Source: Acidobacteriota bacterium (lineage in GTDB: Bacteria > Acidobacteriota > UBA6911 > RPQK01 > JAJDTT01). Taken from it: a DNA stretch of 64,000 nucleotides. Shown here piece by piece: positions 17,909-26,413 of this stretch. The stretch spans positions 3,318,686-3,382,685 of the forward strand of contig CBDCJH010000002.1 in assembly GCA_965217775.1 (NCBI GenBank). The letters are read 5' to 3'. The translations under genes were made by a program, and so were the position numbers. Position 1 is the stretch's first letter. Every line of letters begins with the position of its first letter. Below the pieces are notes generated by a model. It did no database searches. It was not told where the DNA came from and saw only the letters and a list, made by a program, of their open reading frames with translations.

Positions 17909-19741
17909 ATCGATGCCGGGAACCGGAAGAGACTCGGGGCGGCTCCGATTTCAGCCATGGGCGGGACCGCGAGGAAAGGTGGCTATCCATCTCGCCCTGG
18001 TTCTCGGCGTGGCCTTTTCCGCCGGCTGGCCGGACATCGTGGTGGCCAACTATGGCGAGGAGAGCGGGCATCGCCAAGGTTATCGCCTGCACCGGGAGTC
18101 GTATGTCTACTGGGGGGCTCCCGACGGGTACTCAGCCGAGCGGCGCACGTCCATCCCCACCTTGAGCGCCATCAGCTGTGCCGTCGGGGACTTCGACGGC
18201 GACGGATGGGCAGATCTCGCGTTTGCCAACAACAACCTCGAGCACCAGAGCCTGAGTCTCCATTGGGGCTCGAGCGCGGGATTCGACGGCGCCAGGCAGC
18301 TGGATCTGGAGGCGGGCAACCCGCGGCTGGTCCGAGCCGCCGATCTCGATCTCGACGGGACAGACGAACTGGTCGTGTTCTCGGGGAAGACGAGATCGGC
18401 CTTCTTCGATGCCGATCGAACCGAGAGATCCAACCTGGATTCGGGATCCGCGGGCCTTCTGCTCTTCCAAATCTCTGAAAGGCCCAGCTTGGGCCGGCCC
18501 CGGCGCCTGCCCGCCGAGGAGGTCCGGGAGGTGATCGCCCGGGACCTCAACGGAGACGGTCACGTCGACCTGACTCTGGCCGGCCAAGTCGCCGATCAAG
18601 GGTCGGAAGTCACGGGTTCGGCACTCTACTGGGGATCGGGCGCCGGATTCGATCCCGGGCGGCGGACCGTTCTGCCGACTCTTTCCCCGGGATCGGTGGC
18701 GTCTGCGGATCTCAACCGGGACGGCCATATCGACCTGGTCTTCGCCAACGCGGAAACCTCCAAGACCCACGACCCTCCCTCCCACATCTACTGGGGGTCG
18801 GAGAAGGGCTTCCACCCGGCCCGGCGCTCCCACCTGCAGGGGTTCGGAGCCGTCGGCGTGACGGCCGCGGACCTGAACCGGGACGGCCATCCCGAGATCG
18901 TGCTCATGAACCGGCTCAGCGGCAGGAAAGCGGGCGAAATTCCTTCGCTCATCTTCTGGGGGAACTCGGCCCATCACTACTCGGAGGCGAAAGCGGTAGA
19001 ATCGGTCCATATTTCCCCGATTTGTCGGCGAATAGAACAACTATGCACCTCCAAATCGAGAAAATCTGGCCTCGATTCCCCACTTTCTCGCTACGATCAT
19101 TTCTACCGCGCAGACTCCTGGTTTCCAGCAACTACAAGGCGGAGCAGACCCGGAGCCTTCCCGTCTTCATCTATTGGGGCAGCGCCGGGGCCGGCTACGA
19201 AAACCGCCGCAGGACCGAACTTCCGGCGGAATCATCCTGCGGCATCCAGTTGCTGGACCTGAATCAGGACCGGTACCCGGAGATCGTCGTCAAAAACCAC
19301 ATCAAGGATGGCGACCACAACTTCGGCGCCTACCTCTACTGGGGAGGCGAGGAGGGCTATTCCGTACAGCGCCGGACCCACCTTCCAACGGCGGGAACGC
19401 ATTTCGCTCATGGGATCGCTCCCGGCAACATCTATGACCGGGGTCCTGAGTACGACTATCTGTCGCCGGTGCTCCCGATCCCGGACAAACGGTGCTTCCT
19501 GGTTCCTGAATGGAGGGGTGAGACACCCCACAACACCTCGATCCGCATGCAGCTTCGCTTCGGATCTGACCAGTCACCATTGACTGGCGCCGCCTGGAGG
19601 GAGACCGGCCGCGGGGAGTGCCACTCCCTGAATGAGGATTCCGCGGCCCTGCAATACCGTGCCGTCCTGGTATCGCCGGATGGGGGCAACAGTCCCGTCC
19701 TGGAGGAAGTCATCCTGCGTTTCGTGGACTCATGTCCCTGA
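17895..19741 (+). pseudogene. FG-GAP/VCBS-repeat protein gene interrupted by a MITE-like element (two overlapping ORFs in different frames)
   Basis: Seven repeats of the type DLN-DG-x-D..(I/V)YWG-x-x-x-GF/Y-x-x-x-RR. The repeat series breaks at ..IFWGNSAHHYSEAKA (about 18986). It resumes in another frame at ..SSNYKAEQTRSLPVFIYWGSAGAGY (about 19119), with roughly one third of a repeat missing. Confidence 0.7.
18987..19118 (+). mobile_element. MITE-like repeat, family B, copy B1 (left end truncated), inserted in the FG-GAP gene
   Basis: 132 bp, nearly identical to 21424-21555 with 2 mismatches seen. More AT-rich than its surroundings. Internal inverted repeat GCGGTAGAA..TTCTACCGC. Confidence 0.8.
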
Positions 19742-19894
19742 CAATCCCGGGCTCACAGCCACGTTCAGGAGCGATCCCAAGGCCAGCCGGTACTGGGATG
19801 GCCGCCAAGTGTCGCTGGGCAGGATGACGAGGGGCTCCTTGCCTTGTCGCGCTGTTGCTTCCGCCGTCATATAGTATTGGCCAGGAACCTGCAG

Positions 19895-21361
19895 ATGTTT
19901 TCTTCCTTCCTCCTTCGAACCTTCCGGATCGCAGCCGGTTTCCCGCTGCTGGCGTCGTGTCATCCCACGCCTGAACCAGCGGATGCGTCGGAATCCTTGG
20001 CGATCGGCACGAGACTGGAACTGCTCCTGGACGACTATCTGATCGAGTCCCGCAGGAACCTGGAATTCGATGTCCATCAGCCTCGGCCTGCAGAGAAAGT
20101 GATGACCTTCGAAGCTCTCTGGGAGGGCCCCTTCTGCGATTACTTCACCGTCTTCGAGGACAAGGGTGTCTTCCGAATGTACTACGCGACTCACCCACAA
20201 GCAGGCTTCGCCTCGGACACGGATCAGTTCACCTGCTATGCGGAGAGCACGGACGGAATCCACTGGACGAAACCATGGCTCGGAATCGTCCAGTTCCAGG
20301 GATCCGGGAACAACAACATCATCAATCGAGGCTGGACCGCTCACAATTTCAGCCCCTTCATCGACACCAAACCGGGGACGCCTGCCGACCAACGATACAA
20401 AGCGGTCGGAGGTCATGCCCGGATCGGCGGGCTGAAGGTCTTCGCCTCGCGCGATGGCCTTCACTGGCGCCTTTTGGCCGAAGAGGCCCGGATCACCAAG
20501 GGCAGCTATCCGGAACCCGTGGGTTTCGATTCGCAGAACATCGCCTTCTGGGATCCGCGCCGAGAATCCTACTTCGCCTATTTCCGAGTCAAACACAACG
20601 GCAAGCGGGCCATCGGCATCAGCTCCTCGAAAGACTTTCTCCACTGGTCGGATCCCGAACTGGTACGGGTGGAAGCTCCTTCTCAGGAACACATCTATAC
20701 GAATGCGACGCTCCCCTATTTCCGAGCGCCTCACCTCTACCTGGCCTTTCCCATGCGTTATGCTCCCGGCCACCCCTCTTCGATCCCAGACACCAAGAGC
20801 GCCTGCGACGCTGTCTTGATGTCCAGCCGGGACGGCAGAAACTTCAAGCAGCATTCCAGCGAGCCTTTTCTCTGGCCCGGTCCCGAGAAGGAGAACTGGA
20901 CCAAGCACAGCAACATGCCGGCCTGGGGGTTGCTGGCCACATCGGAAACCGAGTTGTCGGTGTACTACACCCAGCATTTCTATCTCCCCACCGCCCACTT
21001 GAGGCGAGGAACAATGGGTATCGACCGCTTCGTCTCCCTGCACGCTCCCCTCTCAGGAGGGGAGTGGACCAGCAAACCGCTGCAATTCTCCGGCGATGAC
21101 CTGGTCCTGAATTACCGGACGAGCGCCGTCGGCAGCATCCGCGTGTCGATCCTGGACCGCGACGGGCAACCGCTGGACGGCTTCCAACTGGAGCAGTGCC
21201 CCGAGATTTACGGCGACGAGATCGCGCGCACTGTATCCTGGGAAGACGGCGGGGCGAAGCTGGCGAAACTGAAGGGTCAAATCGTCCGTCTGCGTTTCGT
21301 GATGGAGGATGCGGATCTCTTCTCGATCCAGTTCCGGGAGGCTCAGGCGGCCGGCAGCTGA
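19895..21361 (+). CDS. putative glycoside hydrolase-like protein, type A propeller/sandwich family (lipoprotein)
   Basis: Lipobox LLASC. Blocks LELLLDDYLIE, FRMYY, CYAESTDGIHWTKP, NNII, SRDGLHW, AFWD, PYFRAPHLY, SRDGRNF, GSIRVSILD, RLRFVMEDADLFS. Confidence 0.85.
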   Translation: MFSSFLLRTFRIAAGFPLLASCHPTPEPADASESLAIGTRLELLLDDYLIESRRNLEFDVHQPRPAEKVMTFEALWEGPFCDYFTVFEDKGVFRMYYATHPQAGFASDTDQFTCYAESTDGIHWTKPWLGIVQFQGSGNNNIINRGWTAHNFSPFIDTKPGTPADQRYKAVGGHARIGGLKVFASRDGLHWRLLAEEARITKGSYPEPVGFDSQNIAFWDPRRESYFAYFRVKHNGKRAIGISSSKDFLHWSDPELVRVEAPSQEHIYTNATLPYFRAPHLYLAFPMRYAPGHPSSIPDTKSACDAVLMSSRDGRNFKQHSSEPFLWPGPEKENWTKHSNMPAWGLLATSETELSVYYTQHFYLPTAHLRRGTMGIDRFVSLHAPLSGGEWTSKPLQFSGDDLVLNYRTSAVGSIRVSILDRDGQPLDGFQLEQCPEIYGDEIARTVSWEDGGAKLAKLKGQIVRLRFVMEDADLFSIQFREAQAAGS

Positions 21362-21394
21362 CGAGGTCGAACGGGATAGTCGATTCTCGGCCCA

Positions 21395-21555
21395 GGAGCC
21401 TGCGCGGCAGAAATTGATCTACTGCGAAAGCGGTAGAATCGGTCCATATTCCCCCGATTTCTCGGCGAATAGAACAACTATGCACCTCCAAATCGAGAAA
21501 ATCTGGCCTCGATTCCCCACTTTCTCGCTACGATCATTTCTACCGCGCAGACTCC
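21395..21555 (+). repeat. MITE-like repeat, family B, copy B2 (full length)
   Basis: 161 bp with about 38-bp imperfect terminal inverted repeats: GGAGCCTGCGCGGCAGAAATTGATCTACTGCGAAAGCGG versus the reverse complement of the right end GGAGTCTGCGCGGTAGAAATGATCGTAGCGAGAAAGTGG. The termini resemble family A termini. Confidence 0.75.
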
Positions 21556-21583
21556 CCGGTCCCTTCAACCTGGAGGACGGACG

Positions 21584-23107
21584 ATGAGAATGAGACTTTC
21601 GGCTCTCACGGCGGCCTTCCTGGCGCTCCCTCTGGGTGCGGCGCCCCCTGCAGAGCAGGCCGAATCCGGGAAGCCTATCGACATCGGCTCCCGACTGGAA
21701 CTTTTCGTCGATCACCACCTGATCGATCGGCTGGACGGAGCGCGCCTGATGATGGGACACCCCCGGCCGGCGGGAACAGTCCTGAAGGCGGATCGGCCGT
21801 GGGAGGGTCCCCACAACTGGGGTTTCCAGGTGATCCACGACGGCGGCGTCTATCGCATGTTCTACCGGGGATGGTCCGAAGACGGATCCGTCGTCCTCTG
21901 CTACGCCGAGAGCCGCGACGGTGTCCGCTGGGAGAAACCCAGTCTGGGGCTGCTGGAGGTGAATGGCACCCGGGAGAACAACGCGGTGGCCGTGGTCGAC
22001 GAGACCGGTCGCCGCCCGGTCCACTACCTTTTCCCTTTCATCGACGCCCGTCCCGGCGTGCCGGCCGCCGAGCGTGTGAAGGGAATCCGCGCCATCCTCC
22101 AGTCCAAGGAACCATTCCTCATGCACGTCTACCTGTACGGTTCCAAAGACTGGTTCCAGTGGCGGCGGCTACGCGAGGAACCCATCATCGCAACCGGAAT
22201 CCGCAACGCCTTCGATGCCTCCAACTACGTCTTCTGGTCGCAGACGGAGGGACTCTACGTCTGCTATTTCCGCTACATGGTAAAGCGCCCAAACAGCTCT
22301 TCTCCGTCAGGACTCCGATCCATTCAGCGTGCCACCTCCCGGGATCTGATTCACTGGTCCGAGCCGAAGGGGATGACCTACAGCGATACCGGGACCGTCG
22401 TACCCTCCGACCACTTGTACACCAACAACACGGAGCCCTATTTTCGAGCCCCCCATCTCTACGTGGCTCTGGCTGCCCGTTTCATGAAGGGCCGACGCGT
22501 CGTCACCGACGCCCAACTGGACCGGATGCGAGTGGCTTCACAAGGAGGCCACGCCTACTACGAGGACTGCTCCGACGGGGTGCTTCTGACGACCCGGCCC
22601 GGGACCACCCGGATCGACCGGACCTTCCTGGAGGCCCTGGTGCGGCCGGGGCGGGGACCGGAGAACTGGGTCTCCCGGACCAACTATCCCCTGAGGGGAG
22701 TGGTGCAGACCGGACCCGCGGAGATGTCGTTCTTCGTGAGCCGGCACTACGCCCAACCTTCCTGGCACATCGAGCGCATGACCCTGCGCCTGGATGGATT
22801 CAGCTCCGTTCGGGCTCCCTACCAGGGAGGCGAGATGCTCACCAGACCCCTGATCTTCTCGGGAAACCGGCTGGTGATCAACTACGCCACCAGCGCGGCC
22901 GGAAGTCTTCGAGTGGAGGTCCAGGACATGGGAGGCCAGCCTTTCCCCGGATTCTCTCTCTCCGATTGCCGGGAGATCATCGGGGACGAGATCGAACGTC
23001 TGGTCACGTGGGAAGGTCGCCAGGATCTGAGTCGTCTCTCAGGGAAGCCGGTTCGGCTGCGCTTCGTCATGAAGGATGCGGATCTCTACTCCATGAGATT
23101 CCGATAG
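21584..23107 (+). CDS. putative glycoside hydrolase-like protein, type A propeller/sandwich family
   Basis: Signal peptide. Blocks LELFVDHHLID, YRMFYRG, CYAESRDGVRWEKP, NNAV, PYFRAPHLY, LRLDGFSS, GSLRVEVQD, RLRFVMKDADLYS. Confidence 0.85.
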   Translation: MRMRLSALTAAFLALPLGAAPPAEQAESGKPIDIGSRLELFVDHHLIDRLDGARLMMGHPRPAGTVLKADRPWEGPHNWGFQVIHDGGVYRMFYRGWSEDGSVVLCYAESRDGVRWEKPSLGLLEVNGTRENNAVAVVDETGRRPVHYLFPFIDARPGVPAAERVKGIRAILQSKEPFLMHVYLYGSKDWFQWRRLREEPIIATGIRNAFDASNYVFWSQTEGLYVCYFRYMVKRPNSSSPSGLRSIQRATSRDLIHWSEPKGMTYSDTGTVVPSDHLYTNNTEPYFRAPHLYVALAARFMKGRRVVTDAQLDRMRVASQGGHAYYEDCSDGVLLTTRPGTTRIDRTFLEALVRPGRGPENWVSRTNYPLRGVVQTGPAEMSFFVSRHYAQPSWHIERMTLRLDGFSSVRAPYQGGEMLTRPLIFSGNRLVINYATSAAGSLRVEVQDMGGQPFPGFSLSDCREIIGDEIERLVTWEGRQDLSRLSGKPVRLRFVMKDADLYSMRFR

Positions 23108-23173
23108 AAGCAGAATCCACGGAACCTCCGGGAGGTGCGTCCTGCCGGGATCGGGCGCGCCGCTGCTTCCGGC

Positions 23174-24544
23174 TCAGTACGCTTCCGTAACCCCGAACAA
23201 AGGCGGGTTGCTCATCCACTTGCCCTGGGTGAAATCCGGGAAGTCCACCGGTGCGCTCGAGCGCCGGATCGATTGTTCGGAGAGGGGTGAGATCGCCATC
23301 CAGGCCGCCATGTCGTAGACGTCGATGGGAGGGTCGATCTTCCGCTTGATGCACTCCTTGAAGGCCCGGAGTTCCAGAAAGTCGGTTCCGCCATGTCCTT
23401 TGCGGATTCCCTCGGCCAAGTATCTCTTCCACAGCGGATGCTCGAACCGTTCCTGAAATCGATCGAAGGACTGCCACCGGTGCCGTGGCTCCATGCCGTC
23501 CAGGTAGATCATGGACTTGTCCTTCGAACGGCTGTCCGCATCCTGCATCCAGATGCCTTTCGTACCCTGGACCACGTACAGGAAGGAGTTGGGTCGGGGC
23601 AGGCGGGTGTCGAACTTGATGACCACCGTTTCCTCATTCGAACACTTGATGGTCGTGGTGACGAGATCACCCTGCTTCCAGGCGATGTTTCGACGCGGGT
23701 GACCGGCCGGAAGATTCTCCTCGGACCATTTGCCCAAGCCTCGTGACTTGGTGGCCATCGAGGTCAGGTATTCGAAACGGTTCCCTCGTTGAATGTTCAG
23801 GCAGTGGGCTACGGGACCGATGCTGTGGGTCGGATAGAGCTCTCCGTTGCGGTACTGGTTGTGCATGGAGCGGTAGTCCCCTTCCCCCTTGGGAGTGGGA
23901 CCCGTGCCCTTTCCCAGGACCAGGCGTTCGCGCAGATCATGGGCATAACCGCACTGGCAGTGGATCAGTTCCCCGAATACGCTCTCGCGGACCATTCTGA
24001 GGATCGCCATGTTGTATCGGGCATAGCAGTTATTCTCCAGGAGCATGCAGGGAACCCGGGTTTCCTCGTAGGTCTCCACCAGTTCCCAGCACTCTTCGAT
24101 GGAGTTGGCCGGGCCGACTTCGACTCCCGCATAGATTCCGGCCTTCATGGAATCGACGGCCATGGGGATGTGCAGCTCCCAGGGAGTGGCGATGACGACA
24201 CCGTCGAGGTCATCGCGTTGCAGCAATTCGAGGTAGGAGCGCTCATCCTTGCCGTACCCCTCGGGACGTGAGCGGCCCGACTCCTCGACCGCGTCCTGAG
24301 CTCGACGCAGGTTGTCGGGGGCGATGTCGCAAACCGCTGGTATGCTCACGTCGGAAAACCCCAGACACAACCTCAGGAGCTTCGATCCCCGGCCTCCTAT
24401 GCCAATCAAGCCGAGGCTGACCTTCTGGTCATCGGCGCCCTTCAGGATGGCGGGCGTCAGACCGAGTCCAAGGCCGGCAGCGGACACCTGCTTGAGGAAA
24501 CCTCGGCGGTCGGATTGCGAAACGCTCATGTTCTGTCGGTTCAT
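23174..24544 (-). CDS. GH109-like NAD-dependent glycosidase (Gfo/Idh/MocA fold), TAT-exported
   Basis: TAT signal DRRGFLKQVSAAGLG and Rossmann motif LGLIGIGGRGS. Blocks typical of the GH109 alpha-N-acetylgalactosaminidase family: ATPWELH, EVGPANSIEECWELVETYEETRVPCMLLENNCY, GELIHCQCGYAHDLR, NGELYPTHSIGP. The ORF-track start at 24625 lies inside repeat A4, so ATG 24544 was chosen. Confidence 0.8.
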   Translation of the reverse strand: MNRQNMSVSQSDRRGFLKQVSAAGLGLGLTPAILKGADDQKVSLGLIGIGGRGSKLLRLCLGFSDVSIPAVCDIAPDNLRRAQDAVEESGRSRPEGYGKDERSYLELLQRDDLDGVVIATPWELHIPMAVDSMKAGIYAGVEVGPANSIEECWELVETYEETRVPCMLLENNCYARYNMAILRMVRESVFGELIHCQCGYAHDLRERLVLGKGTGPTPKGEGDYRSMHNQYRNGELYPTHSIGPVAHCLNIQRGNRFEYLTSMATKSRGLGKWSEENLPAGHPRRNIAWKQGDLVTTTIKCSNEETVVIKFDTRLPRPNSFLYVVQGTKGIWMQDADSRSKDKSMIYLDGMEPRHRWQSFDRFQERFEHPLWKRYLAEGIRKGHGGTDFLELRAFKECIKRKIDPPIDVYDMAAWMAISPLSEQSIRRSSAPVDFPDFTQGKWMSNPPLFGVTEAY

Positions 24545-24593
24545 CCTGTTCCTCCTGGCCCGACCGAGCCGTCTTCCCGGCGGCAGGTTCGGT

Positions 24594-24750
24594 AGTCTGT
24601 GGCGAAAGTCGTCACGCCATTCCACTGGGTCTGCATTCCGGCAGACCGGGTTGCTTCTCGATCACATAGGGTCGAATAGGTTCCCTCGTCGCGCCTTGTC
24701 CGGCGGACGCAGCCCCCGTCTCGGCGCTACGCAGGATTTCTACCACGGGA
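24594..24750 (-). repeat. MITE-like repeat, family A, copy A4 (inverted orientation)
   Basis: The reverse complement aligns with A1-A3 (..CCGCCGGACAAGGCGCGACGAGG.., ..GCCGGAATGCAGACCC..). It sits 50 bp upstream of the GH109-like start and directly abuts motif copy (c). Confidence 0.7.
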
Positions 24751-24804
24751 GGGAGAAATAGACTGTCCCCTTTTCGCCCTTTCCCCTTTTCGCCCTTTTC
24801 GGTC
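24751..24804 (+). promoter_or_regulatory. copy (c) of conserved intergenic motif, with internally triplicated CCCCTTTTCGCC tail
   Basis: GGGAGAAATAGACTGTCCCCTTTTCGCCCTTTCCCCTTTTCGCCCTTTTCGGTC. It lies in the divergent region between the GH109-like gene and the sulfatase at 24884. Confidence 0.5.
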
Positions 24805-24883
24805 GTCCCGTGCCAAGGCGGCTCAACGCGCCTGAACTGTTTCATTGACCGGACGTTGTCGACATACTACTCGTCAAGGACCG

Positions 24884-26413
24884 ATGTCGCGTCATCGTAT
24901 CTTCCAACAGCTCATCATCCTCGGCTGTAGTCTTCTTGCGGCCTTCAGCCCAGGCTGCTCCCTGCAGCGCAAGCCCAACATCGTCTTCATCCTCGCCGAC
25001 GACCTGGGCTACCGCGAGCTGGGCTGCTTCGGCCAGGAGCTGATCCGCACCCCCAACCTGGACCGCCTGGCCCGGCAGGGGATGCGGCTGACGCAGCACT
25101 ACTCGGGCAGCCCGGTCTGTGCTCCCTCCCGTTGCGTCCTGATGACCGGGAAGCACCCGGGCCATGCCTACATCCGCAGCAACAAGGCCACGCCACCCGA
25201 GGGTCAGGAGCCCATCCCCTCCGCGGAAATCACCCTGGCGGAATTGCTGCGGACACAGGGGTACGTCACCGGGGCCTTCGGCAAGTGGGGACTGGGTGGA
25301 CCCGGATCCAGCGGAGAGCCGCTGCGGCAGGGAATGGACCGATTCTTCGGATACAATTGCCAGAGCCACGCCCACAGCTACTATCCCTCGTACCTTTGGA
25401 GCGACCATCAACGCATCCCGCTGCGGAACGATCCACCGGTTCCCGGGCACGCCGGCCTCGCCCCGGGAGACGATCCTTTCGATCCACGCAGCTACGATCG
25501 CTTCAAGGGGCCGGGCTATGCTCCCGATCGGATCAACGGCCAGGCGTTGGAGTTCATCCGGGCCAACCGGAACCGGCCGTTCTTCCTCGACTACCCGACC
25601 ATCATTCCGCACCTGGCGCTTCACGTACCCGACGAGGAGCTCGAGCCCTATCTCGACCTGGGGTGGGAGGACCCACCCTTCACGCGGTCCGAGGGCCGTG
25701 GCTACACGCCGCATTTCACGCCGCGAGCCGCCTACGCGGCCATGATTACGCGGATGGATCGCTTTGTGGGCAGGGTCTTGAGGCTGCTGGACGAGCTCGG
25801 CCTGGCGGAAGACACCATCGTCGTGTTCAGCTCCGACAACGGGACCACGCACCTGGATCAGGAAGTGGACCACGAGTTCTTCAAGAGTGTGGGCGAGCTG
25901 AGGGGATTGAAGGGCTCGCTGTACGAGGGAGGGATCCGGGTGCCGGCGTTGGTCCGCTGGCCGGGCCGCGTGGAGTCGGGCTCCGAGAGCGGCCGGATCA
26001 GCGGCTTCGAGGACTGGATGCCCACCCTTCTGGAACTGGTCGGCGCCCCCCAGGCCAAGCCGAAGAAGATCGATGGAATCAGCCTGGCACCCACACTGCT
26101 CGGGCAAAGACAGGATCCGCGACCATTCCTGTACCGTGAGTTCCCCAGCTACGGAGGGCAGCAGGCGGTGCGCGTAGGAGACTGGAAGGCCGTCCGGCAG
26201 AACATGAACGATGGAAATCTCGAGGTCGAGTTGTACCATCTCGCTCAGGACATCGGTGAGCGGAACAACATCGCCGACCGGTATCCGGAGGTGGTGTCGG
26301 AGTTCACCGCACTGATGGAGAGAGAGCACACGCCATCCAGGTTGTTCCCACTGAAACCGCTGGACTCGCCACATAGAAACTCGGAGGCAGCGAAAGGAGT
26401 CCACCTTCGATGA
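24884..26413 (+). CDS. S1 sulfatase (lipoprotein), canonical CAPSR motif
   Basis: Lipobox FSPGC. Blocks NIVFILADDLGYRELG, SPVCAPSRCVLMTGKHP, GKWGLG, SSDNGT, GSLYEGGIRVP. Confidence 0.92.
   Translation: MSRHRIFQQLIILGCSLLAAFSPGCSLQRKPNIVFILADDLGYRELGCFGQELIRTPNLDRLARQGMRLTQHYSGSPVCAPSRCVLMTGKHPGHAYIRSNKATPPEGQEPIPSAEITLAELLRTQGYVTGAFGKWGLGGPGSSGEPLRQGMDRFFGYNCQSHAHSYYPSYLWSDHQRIPLRNDPPVPGHAGLAPGDDPFDPRSYDRFKGPGYAPDRINGQALEFIRANRNRPFFLDYPTIIPHLALHVPDEELEPYLDLGWEDPPFTRSEGRGYTPHFTPRAAYAAMITRMDRFVGRVLRLLDELGLAEDTIVVFSSDNGTTHLDQEVDHEFFKSVGELRGLKGSLYEGGIRVPALVRWPGRVESGSESGRISGFEDWMPTLLELVGAPQAKPKKIDGISLAPTLLGQRQDPRPFLYREFPSYGGQQAVRVGDWKAVRQNMNDGNLEVELYHLAQDIGERNNIADRYPEVVSEFTALMEREHTPSRLFPLKPLDSPHRNSEAAKGVHLR

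Noticed and set aside
24545-24625. N-terminal extensions of ORF-track models (for example 23174-24625, 29502-31133, 4606-6108, 53423-55000, 32543-33865, 44753-46549, 39884-40867)
   Set aside because: The extensions run through MITE copies, motif copies or gene fragments and precede obvious signal peptides. Internal starts with an RBS and/or a signal peptide were preferred.
24761-24804. Short tandem repeats CCCCTTTTCGCC, considered as a possible CRISPR or mini-array
   Set aside because: The units are about 12-15 nt and directly adjacent, with no spacers. This is an internal triplication of the intergenic motif, not a CRISPR array. No CRISPR-like repeat-spacer structure was seen anywhere in the window.
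24842-26404. 520-aa antisense ORF over the sulfatase at 24884-26413. Similar cases: 16466-17692, 27019-28089, 29331-30923, 57772-59193, 53921-54463
   Set aside because: All lie opposite genes with unambiguous sulfatase motifs. They have no start context or recognisable domains, and their composition is typical of stop-poor antisense frames.
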